Shown here: piece by piece, positions 58,936 to 64,000 of the stretch | Numbering within the stretch: the first letter of the stretch is position 1 | Layout: every line of letters begins with the position of its first letter | Source: a phage | Direction: 5' to 3' (one strand) | Sequence record: PX915678.1 | DNA length: 64,000 nucleotides | Position numbers and translations under genes: made by a program | The notes under the pieces: generated by a model | Seen by the model: the letters and a program-made list of their open reading frames with translations, nothing else | What the model was told of the DNA's origin: nothing | The model's database searches: none

Positions 58936-59802
58936 ATGTTCATTCAAGAACCAAAGAAATTGATTGATACCGGCGAAATTGGTAACGCTTCTACTGGTGA
59001 TATCTTATTCGACGGTGGTAATAAAATTAATAGTGATTTTAACGCAATTTATAATGCGTTTGGCGATCAACGTAAAATGGCAGTAGCAAATGGCACTGGA
59101 GCAGATGGCCAAATTATTCATGCTACTGGATATTATCAAAAACACTCTATTGCAGAGTACGCAACTCCAGTAAAAGTTGGCACTAGGCATGATATTGATA
59201 CCTCTACTGTAGGTGTTAAAGTTATCATTGAAAGAGGCGAACTTGGTGACTGCGTTGAATTTATTAACTCAAATGGATCTATATCAGTTACTAATCCTTT
59301 AACGATTCAAGCAATTGATTCAATTAAAGGTGTTTCAGGCAATTTAGTAGTAACTAGCCCATATAGTAAAGTAACTTTACGCTGTATTTCATCTGATAAT
59401 TCTACATCGGTTTGGAATTATTCTATTGAAAGTATGTTTGGACAAAAGGAATCACCAGCTGAAGGTACATGGAATATTTCTACATCCGGATCAGTTGATA
59501 TTCCATTATTTCATCGTACTGAATACAATATGGCTAAATTGCTAGTTACATGCCAGTCAGTAGATGGAAGAAAAATTAAAACAGCAGAAATAAATATTCT
59601 TGTGGATACTGTTAATTCAGAGGTAATTTCTTCTGAATATGCTGTCATGCGGGTTGGAAATGAAACCGAAGAAGACGAAATCGCTAATATTGCATTTAGT
59701 ATTAAAGAAAATTATGTAACAGCGACTGTAAGTTCTTCTACTGTTGGCATGAGAGCAGCAGTTAAAGTTATCGCTACGCAGAAAATCGGGGTGGCTCAAT
59801 AA
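58936..59802 (+). CDS. 9: baseplate wedge / long-tail-fibre socket protein gp9
   Basis: 288-aa ORF (T4 gp9 size). Confidence 0.88.
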   Translation: MFIQEPKKLIDTGEIGNASTGDILFDGGNKINSDFNAIYNAFGDQRKMAVANGTGADGQIIHATGYYQKHSIAEYATPVKVGTRHDIDTSTVGVKVIIERGELGDCVEFINSNGSISVTNPLTIQAIDSIKGVSGNLVVTSPYSKVTLRCISSDNSTSVWNYSIESMFGQKESPAEGTWNISTSGSVDIPLFHRTEYNMAKLLVTCQSVDGRKIKTAEINILVDTVNSEVISSEYAVMRVGNETEEDEIANIAFSIKENYVTATVSSSTVGMRAAVKVIATQKIGVAQ

Positions 59803-61607
59803 TGAAACAAAATATTAATATCGGTAATGTTGTAGATGATGGTACCGGTGACTACCTGCGTAAAGGTGGTATAAAAATAAATGAAAACTTTGATGAGCTT
59901 TATTATGAACTCGGTGATGGTGATGTTCCATATTCAGCCGGTGCCTGGAAAACTTATAACGCTTCATCTGGGCAAACACTAACGGCAGAATGGGGAAAAT
60001 CATACGCTATTAATACTTCGTCTGGGAGAGTAACACTACAACTTCCTAAAGGAACTGTTAATGATTATAATAAAGTAATTAGAGCTAGGGATGTATTTGC
60101 AACATGGAACATTAATCCAGTTACATTAGTAGCTGCTTCTGGCGATACGATTAAAGGGTCGTCATCATCGGTTGAAATTAATATTCAATTCAGTGATTTG
60201 GAGTTAGTTTATTGTGCTCCAGGACGCTGGGAATATGTCAAAAATAAGCAAATTGACAAAATTATCAGTTCAGACATTAGTAATGTAGCTCGTAAAGAAT
60301 TTTTAGTTGAAGTTCAAGGACAAACTGACTTTTTAGATATTTTCCGTGGAACTAGTTATAATGTCAATAACATCAGAGTAAAACATCGTGGTAACGAATT
60401 ATATTACGGTGATGTATTTAGCGAAAACAGTGACTTTGGTTCTCCAGGGGAAAATGAAGGAGAATTAATTCCTCTAGATGGATTTAATATTAGGCTAAGA
60501 CAGCCTTGTAATATTGGTGATACTGTTCAAATTGAAACATTTATGGATGGTGTATCACAATGGAGAAGTTCATATACAAGACGCCAAATAAAAGTACTAG
60601 ATTCAAAACTAACATCAAAGACTTCTTTAGAAGGAAGCATTTATGTTACTGATTTATCGGCGATGAAATCAATTCCATTTTCTGCATTTGGATTAATTCC
60701 TGGTGAACCCATTAATCCTAATTCTCTTGAGGTTCGTTTTAATGGAATTTTACAGCAGCAGGCTGGAACAGCTGGATATCCTCTGTTTTTGTGCGAAGGC
60801 GCTAATTCAGATACGCAAGAAGGATGTATATCTCTTGGTGGCGAATGGAAAGAATCAAACACCGATTATTCTATAGAATATGAAGACGGAAAACCTATCA
60901 GTCTTTTATTTGATAGAAAATTTGAATCCGGTGACATTATCGTTATAACATGGTTCAATAACGATTTAGGAACTCTTTTAGAAAAAGATGACATCATTGA
61001 ATTGACTGATGACCGTTATGTTAGTAAAGGATCATCTACTGAAGTTACTGGTGATGTGGCCTTAACAGATTTTGATAAAATCGGTTGGCCAAATGTTGAA
61101 AAAGTTGATTCTTATACTAGAACGTATAATTCAATATCATCTATTTTCGACAGCATTTATCCTGTTGGTTCAATTTATGAAAATGCTATAAACCCAAATA
61201 ATCCGGTGACTTATATGGGATTTGGTTCATGGAAATTATTTGGTAAAGGACAAGTTTTAGTAGGATGGAATGATGATGTTACGGATCCAAACTTTGCTTT
61301 AAACAATAATGATTTAGATTCTAGCGGAAATCCTTCACATACGGCAGGTGGAACGGTTGGAACAACATCAGTAACGCTTGAAAACGCAAATCTTCCTGCA
61401 ACTAAAACCGACGAAAGAGTTTTAATTGAAGACGAAAATGGATCGGTTATTATTGGAGGTTGCCAATATGACCCAGATGAAACTGGTCCTATATATACAA
61501 AATATCGTGAAGATTACGCAACAACAAACTCTTCACATACTCCTCCTGCTAATATTAGTAATATTCAACCGTCTATTACTGTATACCGTTGGATAAGGAT
61601 TGCATAA
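59802..61607 (+). CDS. 10: baseplate wedge pin protein gp10
   Basis: 601-aa ORF (T4 gp10 about 602 aa). Confidence 0.88.
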   Translation: MKQNINIGNVVDDGTGDYLRKGGIKINENFDELYYELGDGDVPYSAGAWKTYNASSGQTLTAEWGKSYAINTSSGRVTLQLPKGTVNDYNKVIRARDVFATWNINPVTLVAASGDTIKGSSSSVEINIQFSDLELVYCAPGRWEYVKNKQIDKIISSDISNVARKEFLVEVQGQTDFLDIFRGTSYNVNNIRVKHRGNELYYGDVFSENSDFGSPGENEGELIPLDGFNIRLRQPCNIGDTVQIETFMDGVSQWRSSYTRRQIKVLDSKLTSKTSLEGSIYVTDLSAMKSIPFSAFGLIPGEPINPNSLEVRFNGILQQQAGTAGYPLFLCEGANSDTQEGCISLGGEWKESNTDYSIEYEDGKPISLLFDRKFESGDIIVITWFNNDLGTLLEKDDIIELTDDRYVSKGSSTEVTGDVALTDFDKIGWPNVEKVDSYTRTYNSISSIFDSIYPVGSIYENAINPNNPVTYMGFGSWKLFGKGQVLVGWNDDVTDPNFALNNNDLDSSGNPSHTAGGTVGTTSVTLENANLPATKTDERVLIEDENGSVIIGGCQYDPDETGPIYTKYREDYATTNSSHTPPANISNIQPSITVYRWIRIA

Positions 61608-62266
61608 TGAGTTTACTTAATAATAAAGCGGGAGTTATTTCCCGCTTAGCAGATTTTCTTGGTTTTAGAACTAAGAAAAATGATATTTCGGTTATGAATA
61701 ATCAGCCAGTAGGTGCTGTAACAATTTCACAAATAGCAAAAGGGTTTTATGACCCAAATGTAGAATCTGCTATTAATGATGTTAGAAATATGGCAGAGCA
61801 ACAGGTTGGAGCTGTATTAGTTAATATAAGTGGCGTATCTCCTACTGGCGTGCAGCAAACAGACTATTGGTCATTTGAAGGAACTGTCAATGATACTTCA
61901 GCCAAACCAGGTGACCCGGTTATTGTTAACATGTTTGGCATTCCTGTTAAAGCTACTAATGGAATGACTTCAATCGAATTTACCAGTGCCGTTAGAACAG
62001 CTCTACAGGAAATGGTTGCAAAATTTATTGCAATTGATTCATTTGAAGACCATCCTACTATAGGAAATAAAATACAAGTTAAGTATTTAGATAATCAAGA
62101 ACATATCTTAGAACAATACTCTGATAAAGGAATTACTTTCAAACAAGAAATAATTTCTCCTTCTAAACCTGGGTATGGAACTTGGCAATTATTAGGTGCG
62201 CAAACTGTTACGCTAGATAGTCACACACAACCTACAGTATTTTATTATTTTGAGAGAATAGCATGA
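61607..62266 (+). CDS. 11: baseplate wedge pin protein gp11
   Basis: From ATG overlapping gene 10 stop (TAATG): [20 protein letters not shown]..., 219 aa, recognised as T4 gp11. Confidence 0.9.
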   Translation: MSLLNNKAGVISRLADFLGFRTKKNDISVMNNQPVGAVTISQIAKGFYDPNVESAINDVRNMAEQQVGAVLVNISGVSPTGVQQTDYWSFEGTVNDTSAKPGDPVIVNMFGIPVKATNGMTSIEFTSAVRTALQEMVAKFIAIDSFEDHPTIGNKIQVKYLDNQEHILEQYSDKGITFKQEIISPSKPGYGTWQLLGAQTVTLDSHTQPTVFYYFERIA

Positions 62267-63813
62267 GTAACAATACATATCAGCACGTATCAAATGAATC
62301 AAAATATGTTAAATTCGATCCAGTAGGATCGAATTTTCCTGACACTGTCACGACAGTGCAGTCTGCATTATCAAAAATAAGTAATATCGGCGTAAATGGT
62401 ATTCCTGATGCAACTATGGAAGTTAAAGGAATAGCAATGATTGCGTCAGAGCAAGAGGTTTTAGATGGAACTAATAATTCTAAAATCGTTACACCCGCTA
62501 CATTAGCAACAAGATTATTGTATCCAAATGCTACTGAAACTAAATATGGTTTAACGCGCTATTCAACAAATGAAGAAACATTAGAAGGCTCAGATAATAA
62601 TTCATCAATAACGCCGCAAAAACTGAAATACCATACCGACGATGTGTTCCAAAATAGATATTCGTCTGAGTCATCAAATGGAGTTATTAAAATATCATCT
62701 ACACCTGCAGCTTTAGCTGGAGTTGATGATACTACGGCAATGACTCCATTAAAAACGCAAAAACTTGCAATAAAATTAATTTCACAAATAGCTCCTTCCG
62801 AAGATACTGCATCAGAATCTGTGAGAGGTGTAGTTCAATTATCTACTGTTGCGCAAACTCGTCAAGGAACTCTCCGCGAAGGATATGCAATTTCTCCGTA
62901 TACCTTTATGAATTCTGTTGCAACACAAGAATATAAGGGTGTTATACGTTTAGGAACACAATCGGAAATTAACAGTAATTTAGGAGATGTTGCAGTAACA
63001 GGTGAAACATTAAATGGTCGAGGAGCTACTGGTTCTATGCGTGGAGTAGTTAAATTAACGACGCAAGCCGGTATTGCCCCCGAGGGTGATGGCTCTGGAG
63101 CATTAGCATGGAACGCAGATGTAATTAATACTCGCGGTGGACAAACTATTAACGGTTCTTTAAATTTAGACCATCTTACAGCAAATGGAATTTGGTCACG
63201 CGGCGGTATGTGGAAAAATGGCGATCAACCTGTTGCCACTGAAAGATATGCGTCTGAAAGGGTTCCAGTTGGAACTATTATGATGTTTGCGGGTGATTCT
63301 GCACCTCCAGGTTGGATTATGTGCCATGGTGGAACCGTGTCAGGAGATCAATATCCTGATTATAGAAACACAGTTGGAACAAGATTTGGTGGTGATTGGA
63401 ATAACCCTGGCATTCCTGATATGCGAGGTCTTTTCGTCAGAGGAGCTGGCACAGGTGGTCATATTTTAAATCAACGTGGACAAGATGGTTATGGGAAGGA
63501 TAGACTTGGTGTAGGATGTGACGGAATGCATGTTGGTGGTGTTCAGGCACAACAAATGTCATACCATAAACATGCTGGTGGCTGGGGAGAATACCAAAGA
63601 CATGAAGCTCCATTTGGCGCGTCCGTTTATCAAGGATATCTTGGAACTAGAAAATATGCCGACTGGGATAATGCTTCATACTTCACTAATGATGGATTTG
63701 AATTAGGTGGACCGAGAGATGCCCTTGGTACACTTAATCGTGAAGGATTAATTGGTTATGAAACTAGACCATGGAATATATCATTAAACTATATTATTAA
63801 AATTCATTACTAA
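62263..63813 (+). CDS. 12: short tail fibre gp12
   Basis: 516-aa [23 protein letters not shown]...; C-terminal region differs in length from T4 (527 aa). Confidence 0.88.
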   Translation: MSNNTYQHVSNESKYVKFDPVGSNFPDTVTTVQSALSKISNIGVNGIPDATMEVKGIAMIASEQEVLDGTNNSKIVTPATLATRLLYPNATETKYGLTRYSTNEETLEGSDNNSSITPQKLKYHTDDVFQNRYSSESSNGVIKISSTPAALAGVDDTTAMTPLKTQKLAIKLISQIAPSEDTASESVRGVVQLSTVAQTRQGTLREGYAISPYTFMNSVATQEYKGVIRLGTQSEINSNLGDVAVTGETLNGRGATGSMRGVVKLTTQAGIAPEGDGSGALAWNADVINTRGGQTINGSLNLDHLTANGIWSRGGMWKNGDQPVATERYASERVPVGTIMMFAGDSAPPGWIMCHGGTVSGDQYPDYRNTVGTRFGGDWNNPGIPDMRGLFVRGAGTGGHILNQRGQDGYGKDRLGVGCDGMHVGGVQAQQMSYHKHAGGWGEYQRHEAPFGASVYQGYLGTRKYADWDNASYFTNDGFELGGPRDALGTLNREGLIGYETRPWNISLNYIIKIHY

Positions 63814-63822
63814 GGATTACAA

Positions 63823-64000
63823 ATGATTGAATTAAAAGAGTTACCTTTTGTTGATAGCGTTCCTGGCGAAGGTCAGGAACGTATTTCATGGATTAAAAAT
63901 GGTGAAGAAATATTAGGAGCTAGTACTAAGTATGGAAACGATGGGTCAATGAATAGACCAACTGTTTCCGTGTTTAAAAACGTCGAGGTTCTCGACGAAA
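63823..64000 (+). CDS. wac: fibritin (whisker) wac, N-terminal fragment (continues beyond window)
   Basis: MIELKELPFVDSVPGEGQERISWIKNGEEILGASTKYGNDGSMNRPTVSVFKNVEVLDE... resembles T4 fibritin N-terminus. Confidence 0.8.
   Translation, partial: MIELKELPFVDSVPGEGQERISWIKNGEEILGASTKYGNDGSMNRPTVSVFKNVEVLDE

Noticed and set aside
56605-60862. Minus-strand ORFs within genes 7, 9 and 10 (56605-56964, 57577-57783, 59005-59190, 59617-59799, 59815-60003, 60641-60862) and plus ORFs in gene 12 (63287-63706)
   Set aside because: Embedded in or antisense to long, size-matched baseplate genes; His/Cys-rich or low-complexity translations typical of off-frame reading.

Overview
This window is a T4-like (T-even, Tequatrovirus-type) phage segment, collinear with T4 from gene 43 to wac but not identical to T4. 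Minus strand 1-49617 carries the early/middle region: gene 43 (partial), regA, 62, 44, 45, rpbA, 46, 47, a-gt, 55, nrdH/nrdG/nrdD, 49, nrdC, a long accessory block (nrdC.x-type ORFs, rI, tk, vs-region, regB), denV, lysozyme e, nudE, e.x ORFs, a contiguous 10-tRNA array, an ipI-locus protein, 57B (Acb1), 57A, 1, 3, 2, 4. Plus strand 49665-64000 carries late baseplate/tail genes 53, 5, 5.1, 5.4, 6-12 and the start of wac. Identifications rest on direct reading of translated N-termini and motifs (gp43, RegA, gp44, gp45, a-gt, gp55, endonuclease V, lysozyme, rI) plus size and synteny; no database search was possible. Regulatory syntax is T4-like: early promoters (GTTTAC -35 with AT-rich upstream element), MotA-box middle promoters, TATAAATA late promoters, the gp43 translational operator, and many GC-rich UUCG-tetraloop hairpins. 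No single system could be shown to be novel from sequence alone. The strongest candidates are a capsid-targeted internal-protein cassette flanked by duplicated terminators, a four-gene array of divergent coiled-coil paralogs, an adjacent P-loop ATPase and nucleotidyltransferase, a free-standing HNH endonuclease between genes 3 and 2, and a tRNA array with Tyr and Asn in addition to the T4 set. Gene names for small accessory ORFs are positional guesses only.
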